Positions 36,546 to 49,360 of a stretch of DNA of 64,000 nt are shown here, piece by piece; the stretch's first letter is position 1; each line of letters begins with the position of its first letter. Under the pieces are notes generated by a model, which saw nothing but the letters and a program-made list of their open reading frames with translations, was not told where the DNA came from and did not search any database. A program made the position numbers and the translations under genes. Source of the stretch: Rhynchobatus australiae (lineage: Eukaryota); NCBI GenBank assembly GCA_034780895.1, contig JAUZTB010000076.1, positions 56,383,706 to 56,447,705 of the forward strand. Direction: 5' to 3'.

Positions 36546-39229
36546 GCTACCTTTAAGGATTTATGGATATGTATTCCAAGGCATCCTCATTTCTCCACAC
36601 CACTTAATGCTCTCCTAGTTATGGAGTATTCTGTGGCTGTGTTACATCTCCCCAAATACATTGCTTTGCATGTCTCTGGGTTAAATTTCATTCACCACTT
36701 TTCCATCCAACATACTAAATCATCCACATACTCCTGTATATCAAAGCTTGATTATTTGGCCAATTTTTGTATCATTTTCTCTACCATATTCAATAGATTT
36801 AAATCTAAATCATTACGAATATTACAAAAAGGGCAAGGAATTGTACACTGAGCCCACTGGTAACATCCTTCCAGTCTCAAAAATGCCCATCAGCCATTAT
36901 CTCTTGTTTCCAGCCAATTTCGGATCTAATTTCTTTCTTAAGTCAAACATGTAAAAGTTAACTTGCAGAACTGGAGAGGTTATCTGGCAGTAATTAAAAC
37001 TTATTATTTATGAAAAAATGTTTTTTATACTGGAATGTAGAACTGACAGTTTTTTTTCTGGCACAATTTGTCAGTGTCTTTAAAGTACAACTGCGCATGG
37101 TTCCATGTATTTGAATGGCAAAGCCAGTGGAGAAACTTTTGGAGGAGCATTATGTCTTCCCATGTTTAACTATGCATTTGTCCAAATCTGAATGAAGTTG
37201 CCCAGTCTCTGCATAAAAATTGTACGTACTATAGTTGGTCCTTTGTTACCAGGAAAAGATCCATGATCTTCTTCCAGCAATCCAGCATCTAAACTTTTCA
37301 TTTGGAAATTGTTTTGCTGTTCTTTGTTCATTGGCCTTCATAATATGATTGTGCATCTATACTTCAAAAATAATGGCAAGATATAGGATTATATTTAAAT
37401 ACTATAGAAGATATTCAGCTTCTCTGAATTCCTGTATAAGGTCACAGGAATGAAGATAACATTTATACCTTAATGTCTATGTGAATACATGGAATGATAC
37501 GTAGATGGGATACTGAACTTTCAAAAAACAGCAAAGTGACACAATATCATTTTACTACGCACTTTAAATGATTTTAGCTGGAGACAAACTCAGCTTTTGA
37601 TCATTACGCATCTGGCCTTTGTTGTTTGAAGTTTGCACGAAACCACAGTATTGAGACTAAATTAACCCTAACTAAACTGAATTGCAATAATAGTTCAAGC
37701 AGATCAATTGTTTTGAAAAGTAAAGAGTTTAAAGTCTGATCAATAACAGAAATGGCTTAAAGGGATAATCTCAGAATTCTCTGTAGTGATCGCAACAAGA
37801 ATGCTTTTGTTTGTGATCCATATGCTGTTAAATTGAAGATTTACTCACCAAATTTTAGCATCAATTTGTTTTAGCTGAGGGTTTGTGAACATCTGCATGC
37901 CCCTCAGATGTGTTTGGTATGTTTGATGGGAGGGAAGACTTGGAGATTCATCCACATCTTCACTGGAGAAGGTGTAGTTGAGTGAAGCAGCATATTTATA
38001 AGCAATTTGATAGAAGGAAAGAAAATCATTGCTGAAAAAGCTGATTATTAGCAATTGTTGGACAATGTTGAATGCAAGTCAGTAATGTGCTCAGTTGGAA
38101 GATGTGTTCTTCTTCAAGTCTGCATTGAATTTCACTGGAATGGTGTGGGAGCCCAAGATCAAGAGCTGTGAATGTAAACAAGGGGTAGTGTATAAGTGAT
38201 AGGCAACTATATGATCAGTCACACTCTCAGTGTAGGTGTTCTGCATGGCGAAAAGTACACATAAGTGGTTGCTATGACTTCCCTGCATTTAGGACTTTAC
38301 TTTCCAGGTGAAGCAATCATTTAGGTGTACTGCTTGCAATTAAGTGCACTACTGTTCACAATGTGGGCTATGAAATGCTGAAGTTCATTTAAAATCATTG
38401 ATTTTGAGTTGGTTGCATTTGCAAAGACAGCAAAAGTGCACCCTGTGGAGAACCAGTGTATCACTGACAGTGGCTAATTCACTTCAGCGTTTGGTTGCCA
38501 TCAGCTTTCCAGAGTAATGAAGGCAAGCAATGTCCAATTTGCCAGCCACAAATTCCAGGCCATTGAAATTGCATATCAATAATAACGGACTGCCCAGAAG
38601 GCCTTTATTTTAATCTGCGATACTAACAGTTTAGTGTTAACATTTTAACAAAACATTGAGCTACTGTGGCAGTGTCTTTCATGATTTTATCATAAAATGG
38701 TTTTCAAATTTGTAGGTACAATGGTCGGCAATGACATGATGGGCTAAAGGGCTTGTTTCTTTTTTGACATCTCTTACGATTCTGTAACTCTGAATCTCTT
38801 TGAGACATTGGTATAGGAGTGAATCCTCTCATTTGTTGCTTCCAGCTGCAGGGATACAATGATGTGATGTCATCTGTTTTGCACTGATCCACAGATATAG
38901 ATGAAAATTGGACTGGAGTTTTAGTCTCATCTGTGATAGCAATATTTTGCAATGGATTTTTATGGTGCTTAGTGGTTCAGTATCTGTGAAGACAAATGAC
39001 TTTTTATTTAAGTGTAGATTAATTGGCTAATTGAGCCATTACTTCAGTGTGACCTTTNNNNACGGAGGTTTCAGAGGTATCTGGTTTTAGATGTGAAGTT
39101 GGAATGTTCCCCTCTAACTAGAAAAAAACAGCAACTATCTTATTTTAAAAACAAAAGTATGACAACTTTTGAAGTTTGGCAAAACTCCCATCATATTTTG
39201 AGCAAAAAAATGTTGGCAAACTATTTTCA

Positions 39230-39915
39230 CAAAAAAGAAAATTGTGGAAGAACTTGACAAGACAGGTGGCATCTGGAGACTGAAAATAGTTGAACTTTCA
39301 AGTCAATGACTCTTCATCAGAACTGGAAAGGTGAGAAGACAAGTGTGTTATGTTGTAGAGAGAAGGAAGGGTGGAGAGAATGTCAGTGATATGATGCAGA
39401 CCAAAGTTGTCAAGGTAGCCTCTGCAAGGGGAAATCTGCGGCCTGTCACCTTAATTTTTCATCCCCCTCTGACCAATTTCTCTGTCTTTGGCCTCTGACA
39501 TTGTTCCAAAGATGCCTAATGAAAGCTCGCAGAACAGCACCTCTTCCTCCATTTGGCTATGTTGTAGCCTTATAGACTCAACATTTAATTCAGTAATTTC
39601 AGATGACCACTTTTGTCTTTCTCCTTCCACAGATGTTACTGGGTATTTCAGTTGCAATCTGTTCCTTTGTTTTTCTTTTTCTCTTGTGTCTTGAACTGCT
39701 AGAATTTAAAGTAATTGTGCCTTAACAACTTCGGTCTGCACCCTGTCACAGATATTCCCTCTTCACCTGCCTTACTTTCTGCAACTTAAAACGCATTTGT
39801 TTTATCACTTGTCCAGTTATGATGAAGGCTCATTGACCTGAAATGTTGACTCCGTTTTTCTCCTCATGTTTGCTGCCTGACCTGCTAAGTGGTTCCAGCA
39901 TTTTATGTTTTGTGT
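39230..39915. mobile_element. PLE element with inverted arms and internal GIY-YIG remnant
   Basis: Left arm 39240-39330 and right arm 39810-39905 are inverted. Interior gaaagctcgcagaacagcacctcttcctccatttggc encodes a KL.EQHL.F.L-like motif. Confidence 0.8.
39288..39324 (-). ncRNA. Minimal type-I hammerhead ribozyme-like motif in a PLE arm (best-preserved core in the window)
   Basis: Minus strand: AGTT-CTGATGA-A-GAGTC ATT GACTT-GAAA-GT-TC-AACT, giving stem I AGTT/AACT, intact CUGAUGA and GAAA boxes, stem II, and a UC cleavage site. Activity untested; stem III is not palindromic. Confidence 0.55.
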
Positions 39916-42900
39916 CTTGTTCACATGTTGCTTCAGTCATGAAAATCTCTTACACTTAAGGATCAAAATGAGATGACAATTTTCATCACTGTACTATATT
40001 TTCTATTTCTGGGCTGTATCTCACACCTCACCATGAGATAAAACCCTTTGCTTAGGTTTTCATTTGTATCTGCAAGGATAAATAATAAAAAATCTGCCAT
40101 TTCCCACTGCTGCAGTCACTACTTCTGTTTAAAAATCTTGAGCATATTACTCTGTTTACTCACGGGTGATATATTGCCCTTAAAAATTACCACTAAGAGG
40201 TAGTGTTGTTTTATTCCATCATTTAAATATACAGCACTCTCTGTTGAAATAAAAAGCCTTTAGCGTACAGATTGTTCTCTGCATGAGGGACCTTAATGGT
40301 ATCCATGGCAGAGTTTCAGCTATCGTACTGCAGTCTGTGCAGCAAAGGTAAGATGTCAAGAACAAAAAGAGAAAATTTATCTCCTAACCATGCCAAAGGA
40401 AAGCAATTTACTGCACACAGCACAAGTATCAAATATATTAAGCTCCTCAGGATGTTTTTTTTTTCGTATTTGAATCTTCACAACTGCAGCTTATGGAAAT
40501 GTGAGTCTCATGATGTGCAGTCATTCAGTCCCAAGATGTATGCACCTATTTCTGTAATGCGCAATAAAATGCATGTCTTACTTTAGGCACTACTAAAGGA
40601 GATTTAAAAATAATAATAAACTCAAATTTAATTCTTTTAGTATTCTTCAGTTAAGAGGATGGATTTTTTTTACCATCAACTCTATACAAATGGGAATACA
40701 AGTGGAAGACATGACAAGTTCCCACACATTCACCTCTACAAGTAAAGCAGGGATCCATTACTTTTCCTTAACTTTGGCTAATCNNNNNNNNNNNNNNNNN
40801 NNNNNNNNNNNNNNNNNNNNNNNNNNGCCTTAGCTGAGAAGAGAACAAATGTTCACTGCTGTTCTCATTTCCCATTTTCCCTAAGCAGGAGGCTCAGAGA
40901 GTCCCATTCTTTTATTGCTACAGTTGTTCGATGTTGGCAGGTTTTAGCATTTCTACTAGGAGATGTTGGTGCCTTTGTTTGAAATCGAACATATTGATTA
41001 TCTCACTGGATATACCAATCAGACAGAATTAGGGGAAGCACATTCCACCTGTCGATGGATATATATGTAATGTGAGAGATGTACATGGCCTGATATGCAT
41101 GTGTCGCCTGAGCGGTGGAATGTCTTGTACTGGCAAACAATGTGTTCAGGGGTGCAGCACAGCAAGATATTTGGCCATACTGAAAGCCTCTGTCAGAGAA
41201 GAACGTGGATCCTTTTAGCTGGAATGGAGGTTGCTTGGACTCCAATCCAAAAAACGCCATGAGTGGATGTGAGAGAAGGGAAGTGGAAATGAAAGAGATG
41301 GAGGGGGAAAGTGTGTGGAAGATTATTTGCTGACACTTCCACCTCTGGGCAGTCAAACAAGGTTGGTCAATGTGAGAGAAAATATTAGGTTCGTGGAGTT
41401 CAGTCTCACTGCGTCTTTTGAACAGGCTTGAATTATTCAGTTCTTAGGGGTGTTTTTTTGGTCATTACTTGGCAAAATTAGCTATTTTTGGTTATTAGAA
41501 AAACCTTTGAGCAATTATTATCAACTTTCACTTTTGTACTAAATTGTACCAAACACTGCTAACCTGGGTATTCAATGTTACTTATTGCTGCACACCTTTT
41601 CTTATTCTGAAGTTTTCGCAAATTATTCCAGTCATCCCAAATTATTCCATTGCGCACAATTGATCAATAAATTTTATTTTCTAACCTATTTTGAAAGCAT
41701 TTTTGAAACAAAATATACAATTGACAATATAAAATTTATTACTAACACAGAATTTCATTGGTATAAAGATTTATTGAGTGTTTTGGTTATTATCAGAAAA
41801 ATATGAATTGTCTGTTACTTACTTTTGTCCCTCACAACTATTCTTCTCCTATGAAAAGAGCGAATGTGCTGCTGCATTGTGCACAGATTTAGCGGGTGAA
41901 TTCCCTAGCCTTACTGGGGATTGCTGGAACTTTCTGTTTTGCTGCTGGACTCTAAATCAGAAAAACTGCCTTAAAAAGTTGTGGACCTGCTTTTACTTGC
42001 ATGGTCAAATACTTGCAGCTCAGTGCAGAGCCGCCTGTGTTACCCTACTATATCCAAGGTGATACGTTGATAGGTTTCCACCCATCTGTAGTTGGATGCC
42101 CATTCAACATCGCAGCAACTGCAAGCAGAGACTCCAGAACTTCCTTCTGGTCTCTGACAACCAGCAGAAGAATTGCTGTGGAAAAATTATTTAGAATAAT
42201 TCCAGTAAAAATGACTTAATGTACTCCATGGGATATTTCTAGGAAAGACAAATTAAAAACCTTTTAACAATATAACATGCACACTAAATATTAGACTGAT
42301 ACTCCATTCATTTTTGGAAAGATTTCTGAGAGGTAAGCAGATAGGCTATCCATGTGATACTGCTCTGGCATCTGAATTTTCATTGAATTACTTTGGGGAA
42401 GAGTTGCTGAATTTTGCACTGCACAATGAAGTTCCAGTTCCTTTATGGCTTACTGGGTATAGAGCTGTCTGATATTGGTGGTGGAAGTACAATTCAGGAC
42501 AACTCCTCGACTGCTGAGTTTCATGATCTGAACCTGTACTGTTCACTATTTAAATATAGTGTTTCTAAATGTGGTGGCAAGCACGTGCAAATGGGAGCAG
42601 CTTGAAGCCAGGGTTCATCTGATTTGAAACCCAGTTTCTTCCACATGTACAACAGCCTAATAACACTCCCTACCTTAGGCTGTACAAGAAGATGACCATT
42701 TGGCCAAGATCCTGTAAGATTACGTGTACATGAAATGATTCCTAGGTTAGCTTTAGAGGAGCAGAAGGAGGAAAAATACTCACAATTAATGTTAGTTTTA
42801 TTTACCAGAGGCAATAGACACCCATCAGGCCATACAACCACTAATAGGACTTTTCAAAAAATTTATGCTCACTCAGAGGTCCCAACCGGCCACATATTAC

Positions 42901-44019
42901 AGCATATGCCACAGAAAACATAATTCATGGGGGAAGTGAGCTAATGGGTTAGCGATTTCCACTAATGATTTAAGAGCCTGCAGTAACTGGTATCATTATT
43001 CATTTATTGAAAAGGCAAGAGGAGATCTGTATATGAAAGTGATAAATTATTTTTACAAAAATATACCAGTATATCCATTTATAGATACACAATGGCAAAT
43101 GAATTGAAGGTTTTTTTTTACAGAGAAGCAGGCATAATTAATTGTTTTCTTATAAGCTGGTAAATTATACATACACATGACTATTCACAAGATCAATCAG
43201 TGTTGCTCTCGATGGAGCAAACATATTTTCATATAACAAGGAAGTCACATTTTGTGAGATCATGAGGAATGCCTTCAATGGCCTCTGTCTGCCTGCCAGG
43301 CTGGGCTGTGTGAGCTGTTGCCCTATTATTTCAGTAAGTACCAGTTCATGATTGAAACCCTGTTTTATTTGAAAATCTCAGTCTCCCTAATGGATTTTGT
43401 TTTGTTATTGCAAGTAGGAAGAAGTTGGCTCTTAATATTTTTTGACTAGAACATTCTCAGGTTTAGAAGATAAGCAGGAGGCAATGAATTCGGTAAATAG
43501 AAGTGGCTTTTCCAGAAGGCTAAATGACAATTATTTTCCTGTGTCCATTTTATCAAGACCATATAGCTGAAATGTCCATTAATACATTAGTGTTGAGGGA
43601 TAATAAAAGGATATGGATGATAGTAGTGGGATTTCATAAGGAATGATGTGAGAGCTTTGAAGTAGAACTTTACAGTGAGACAAATAAGATATGAAAATGT
43701 GTAGTGTCTGTATTTTGTATGCTTCGGAACAGTTGTTACTTGAATTAATTGATTTCGATCAAAACTCATCTGGGTACTTCACACACAGTGAATTAAATGC
43801 TTACATGAATGCGTGCACTGAGCCTTACTTCACCAGTGGTTGGCTTGGCTGCCTGCAAGAGGATTGAAGGAGTACAGAGAAGATACCTGCCTCATTTCAC
43901 AATAGAGGACTGTAGATACCTATCCATAGACCTCACCATCACGCAGATAGATGTAGCATTGTGTCATTCAACTCCTGAAGTGATATATAAGAATGTTAAC
44001 CAGAATGATTGATACTTTT

Positions 44020-44190
44020 AAATGTGAAAAATGCTGGAAACATTTAGCAGGTCAGGCAACATTGATGGAAAGTAAAATGTCATCAAAACTGGGAAGAAGA
44101 GAAAGTAAGTTAGCTTTAAGTAGCACAGAGTGTAGGGGGAGTAGATACGAAAAAGGGAATCTTTGTGATAGGGTGAGGCCAAGATTATTG
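44020..44190 (-). mobile_element. PLE arm remnant
   Basis: aaatgctggaaacatttagcaggtcaggcaacattgatgg...catcaaaactggg. Confidence 0.65.
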
Positions 44191-45129
44191 TTCATGAATT
44201 AATCTGGGATGTAGATTATGTCAGACACAAGTCTAATCAGTCGGAAGCGAGGCCCCAAAGGACACATTTTCCTTCCAAGCTTCACAAGCTCAGTTACAAG
44301 GGAGACTTGCACCAGAAGTGATCTTTGTATTTTGTTTCCCAGTTTCTCAGATTTCACATTCATCCAAATTACAGTGATCTTCGTTTATGTTGCAAAAGTG
44401 CCCCTTAATTTTCTAATCCTTGTCAATCTTGTCTGTCACCGGGACTATCATTTCCATTGTATTCTGCCAATACCCTGTATAGTGTTTGATACGCCTTCAG
44501 GTTTAGGCTTAGGCATCCCATTGTACACACCAGCAACTATTAAACAGGATCAATATGCTTGCATCACTTTTTGTAACAATACTTGTCAGATTATTTCAGA
44601 GTGAAAGGACAAAGGAAGGAGCATGCAGCAAATAGGCCCCATGTTAACTTTATTTCTGGTTGATTACCAGGGCACATCCTGCTGCTTCATGTAAATAGAA
44701 AGTTTTCTTAACTTGCTGTAAAGGCATAGCAACTACATTTAACACAGTACCAAAAAACATGTGAATGCAGCTCCCAGATCTGGCCCATAGCTTATCACGC
44801 ATGTAGTCTTTTGCATATGCACTTTAATTTTGGATTCCTGAAACATGACTAATGTTTTTGAATCCAATTTAAAGCTAAGACCCATTGATGTGATCTCTGA
44901 GTCTCCTTTCCTGATTTAGCCTTTATTTAAAATCATGTATATTTTCCCATAAGCCATTGGAGATCCCGGAACTTGTGGCATTGCTAGAAAATAAATTGTG
45001 GAAATACTTCTTTCGCAATGGTGATAGAACCAGACCTGTGCGATGGCTGGTTCTGCTGATGCTTCAGTTGGTGACCCTGGTGGAACTGAGATAAAGAAGA
45101 TTCCAGGTTCAAAAGATGGCCTTTCTGAA

Positions 45130-45560
45130 CAAAAAAAGGAAAATGCTGGAAATGAGTATTGGTTTAGGCAGTATCTCTGGAAAAAGAAACAAACTCTGTT
45201 AACATGCTCAGTCAGTAAACTTTCCTCAAAATGGGGAAAAGGGTGAGGTAGCCTGGATCATTGGAAAGAGGGGAGCAAAGGAAAGAACAAAGGTCTCTTG
45301 TGGGGAGGAGGAGGCAGAGTAAAGATATAATAACAAAAGGGATGATACCCCAACCCAAAAGAGTGTGGTAATAGGATGTGTTAAAGGAACAAAAGATGAG
45401 CCAGGTAGAGGCTTAAATGGAATCTTTTGAACTCTGTGTTGAGTTGAGAATGTTGTGCCTATCTAGTAGAAATTTGAGGTGTTGTACCCTGAGCTTATTT
45501 TGAGCTTCAGTGGAACAGTGCAGGAGGATGAAGTGAAAGAGGTCAAAGTGATAGCAGAAT
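45130..45560 (-). mobile_element. PLE remnant with GIY-YIG tail
   Basis: Arm gaaaatgctggaaatgag...aggcagtatctctgg, and tgaggtgttgtaccctgagcttattttgagcttcagtggaacagtgcaggagg, homologous to 61420-61480. Confidence 0.65.
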
Positions 45561-47214
45561 CAGCGAATCAGGATTGCCTTCTTCATTTTAGAGCCAGTGT
45601 AAGAGAAAAAAAATGACTACATTTCTTCTCCTATTTGTGGTGTTCTTGCTGAAAAGTTTGTGTGTGTGCGTGCTTTTTGTGATGCCATCTATAGCCAAGT
45701 AGTTTAATATCTCTGTCTAAGCACATTCATAAACAATGACTATATGGGGAATTATTGGAGAGAGTCAGGCAGCCATGGGCTTTTTATTGTGTCTAGAGAG
45801 AAAGAGAGGAAGCCCTTTGGTTTTAAGTACCTGATTAAACATTTTGAGCATTCCCGCAAGATTCAGCCCGACAATGTCTACATTCATCCCCAGCAAAATA
45901 ATTTAATGAATCTATTAGTTACTGATTGGAATGTGAAGTATTTTCTAGCACTGTCATCACTTAACTTCATCGCATGAATATGTTAAATTTATTTTAATAT
46001 GTTTCAGTGGCTTTAAGAGTTGTTGTAGATTGGCATGTGAACTCATCTGCTATAAATACATACCACTGTTCAGTGAAATAACATTAATCTCCTTTTAATC
46101 ATATTTCTTAAGATTTGACTAGATAATTAATCACAGCAATCACTGATGGATTAATGGACTGACCATATAATCGATAAACGCAAGCACAGCAAATTCATCA
46201 AAACTCAATGTGAAACATATCATGAAGATTGTATGAATCAGTGAGGACACAAACATTTGCTAAAATAAGTTGTTTTAAAAATGTTGTGAGGAAAGTTAAA
46301 TTTTCACACTATGTCAAATAAACCAGCTTCCTTTAACTATGGGTCTTGAAATCAGTCAGGATATATTTTAAAACATCAGTGCTATAGGGGAATGAAGTTT
46401 AATATGCAGTTATTCATGTCTGAATCTTACAGGATAGGTTACATGTCAGGTCAGGACTGGATGATGGTTCTGTATCCCATCTTCAGTCACTGCCTAGTCC
46501 ATGTAGGAAAATAAATGCTCTTTTGGAGAGGGATCAAGAATTTGATTGCATCCTTGGGCCATACACAATGACAGTTGGCAATTTAAAAAAACAAGGGAGG
46601 TTTTTGTGGGAGAGGGAAAAGACTAATTCATAACTATAGTTATTTAATATGTAGCAACAGCTTTCAAGCTTTACATTTGTCAAGAGAACTTTAAGGAAGC
46701 AAATTGTGGCTCCTGGACAGTGTGCTAAAACATTCCACCATTGCCATTCCAAGATTTGCAGATCTATTCTCCAGTGCTGGCAGTGAATGGTGGTTCAGGG
46801 TTGTTCTTTGCAATCCTCACAACTATTTATTTTTCAATTGCCTAGCATCCGCCTGACTGTACAGAAAATATTGCTGTAAATGCACAAAGCAATATTGTTC
46901 TTCATGAACATAAGGTAGATTATTCTACCCTGGTAAAATTGACAATAAATAATGCTGTAATTACCAGTAAATGTTGATGTGCATTTTAGATTCATTATAG
47001 TGCTACATCCTGTTGTGCCACCTTTTGTGTTTATGTAATAGCAGTTGTATACCATGAAGGGAAGCTGCACATCCACTGATGCTTTCAGTGAAAATGTTAC
47101 ATTCACCACAGACTCGAGCAACATTTGATGTATAAATACTTGTGCAAGTATATTTTTCATGTAAGTTGTATTTTACCAAATGAAGGGTTGTAAATCATTT
47201 TCTGAAATTGGGTT

Positions 47215-47700
47215 GACATAGTTTTCTTCCGGTGCAAGTAAAAGGGTTAAGACTTTTCATCAAATAATTAATTATAATTCTATAAAAGGAATATTTGAGC
47301 ATTTCTGAGATCAAGAATAAAAGTGCAATTTCTACCTTTACCCTGTGGGTCTTTAACTAATGGATCAATCATTTTATACAGCCTGATGTAATCAGTCATA
47401 ATGCTGCTATGTTTCTATTGTGTATTTTTTAAATATAACTTCCCCAAATGCATTTACCAATCTGTTTACTGCATAATTATGTAATCATTCAGGGTACTCT
47501 GTGACTAAATCCTCTGGAAGGCTCTTTGGGTGCTCATTATTAATTTCTAAATTATGACAGTGTTGTACCGTATAGTGACAATTCAGGCAGTTTGATTGAT
47601 TTTTTTCCCTCTCTTGAAATACATGAGCCTGAAACCTCTTAGCGTGCTGATGTTAATTTTCTGCTACTTTTGCCCCTACAAAATTACTTAATGGATTTGG
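47215..47700. promoter_or_regulatory. Candidate conserved non-coding element / developmental enhancer
   Basis: Repeat-free. ATCAATCA 47364-47371 and TGATTGAT 47593-47600 (PBX-type), TGACAG 47555-47560 (MEIS/TGIF), several TAAT/TAATTA cores. Conservation not verified. Confidence 0.5.
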
Positions 47701-48552
47701 AGGTGTCTCCTGAGGATACAAGGAGGTAGAAATTTGGAAACCTTTCAGAGCCTGCAAGTGGGCAAGCAGATTTGATTTGGGGACTGTGTCAAAGATGAAT
47801 GCTTATCGAAATTGATAATTTTACTAATTTAGATAAGAAAAAAATATGAAAAATATGCTTTCATTTAGATTTTGTTTTGCAATTTACTCCCCTTCAACAA
47901 GCTTCTATTACCTTGTTGACATTATTTTACTGATCTAATACTCTTCAATAATACTCCTTTACTGTGAGTTATAGAATTGTCACACAATGGACTTTGTTTA
48001 AAAGGTAACCCAGATTTCTTTATTATTCACTCAGGAGTTTACTTGATTGTCTGGTGTAGCTTAAAGTAAAAAAAAAGTGTGTTCTTTTGGGTGGAACATT
48101 TGGATCCTTAGCACACTTGAGGTTTTGTTTCTGTTTGTGTACAGGTTTGTGCTCTTCCTGCACTTATTTGTGATCTGAATTTGACTTGCAGTGTGTATTT
48201 TGCCATATCCAGATCTTCACTGAACAGCTATTTGCTTTTCCCCTTTTCTCCTTCACATCTGTTAAATGGACAAAGAGGGAACCAATCCTATGCTTTTTGA
48301 CTCCATGCTCCCTTTGAGAAGAGGATAGTTCGAACCACAGACAACCATGCCTGGCACCTCTAGCCTTTTACATTGGTAATAGATGCAATGCATGAAAGAA
48401 TAATCAGTATGTGTTTCATTTATATAAACAATAATTTTATTTCTCGTGAAGCACAGCATGCCAGTATCTTGAGGGGCACAGCTGAGTAACATAAAATTAC
48501 TTTGAGACGTTGTCTTGCACTGTCCTTACTTTGCACAAACCATCTGATGTGA

Positions 48553-48912
48553 GAATCACAGAGTTGTACAGCACAGAAACGTGCTCTTTGGCCCATCACA
48601 TTCATGGTTACCTTTATTCCCAACTACACTAATCCCATTTGCCGACATTAGGACTGTATGTTTCTATGCCATGTCTATTTAAGTGTCTGTCTAAATGCCT
48701 CTTAAACATAGCAATTGTACCTGATTCCCCTACTTCCCCTGGCAGTGCATTCCAAGTATCAACTGCTCAGTGTGTGTAAAAAAAAAAATTACCCCTCAGA
48801 AACCTTTTTAAAAATCCTTCCTCTCATCTTAAACCTAGGCTACCCCTACCTTGGGAAAAATATTTTGACTCTCTGTGCCTCTCATTATCTTGTATACTTC
48901 TATCAGGTCTAA
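48553..48912 (-). mobile_element. CR1 3'UTR fragment
   Basis: gaatcacagagttgtacagcacagaaacgtgctctttggccc... is closely homologous to 29515-29900. Confidence 0.8.
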
Positions 48913-49109
48913 TCCAGCTCAACCTCGGAGAGTGAGTTTTCCAACAGAATGCCAGGAACCAGAAGGAAGTCTTTTTGTCCAATTTCAGTCCTATGCTCCT
49001 GCTAATTCTGGATGTTACTTCCTCTACAAAATTAACCCTTCAGCTTTTCATTAGTTTATTTGGCTGCCTCTGCTGACAGCTCCTTGGTCATCAATACCTC
49101 AAATTTCCC

Positions 49110-49360
49110 AGGCATTAAGCACATAACCTTTATGTGTACAATACTACTGGAGGTTTTGTCATACAGATGAAATGTTAGAACTCTGCCACTATTTGAAGAT
49201 CCCTTGATCTACACCACCAGAACAAGTTAGTTGGTTATATATCTCATTGCAATTTGAATTCCACCTTCGTCTAGAAAACAAGTGATTCCTTCTGTGATTT
49301 TTAGTTGTTCATAAAATACTTTGAGAGACCTCGAGGGCATGAAAGTTGCATTCTTTTCTT
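49110..49360 (+). mobile_element. Degenerate Deu-domain SINE
   Basis: ggaggttttgtcatacagatgaaatgttaga...ccactatttgaaga...aaatactttgagagacctcgagggcatgaaag. Confidence 0.5.

Larger units (their letters stand above)
35530..36930 (-). mobile_element. Old CR1 3' fragment split by the RTE-derived insertion
   Basis: ttaaccactatatttgacctgtcctg... resumes as ctacctttaaggatttatggatatg... after the insertion; homologous to 30150-30360. Confidence 0.65.

Noticed and set aside
38505-38545. tttccag|AGTAATGAAGGCAAG as the missing ACBD6 DNEGQ exon
   Set aside because: Translates SNEGKQCPIC; no TALHY match and no donor at the expected position.
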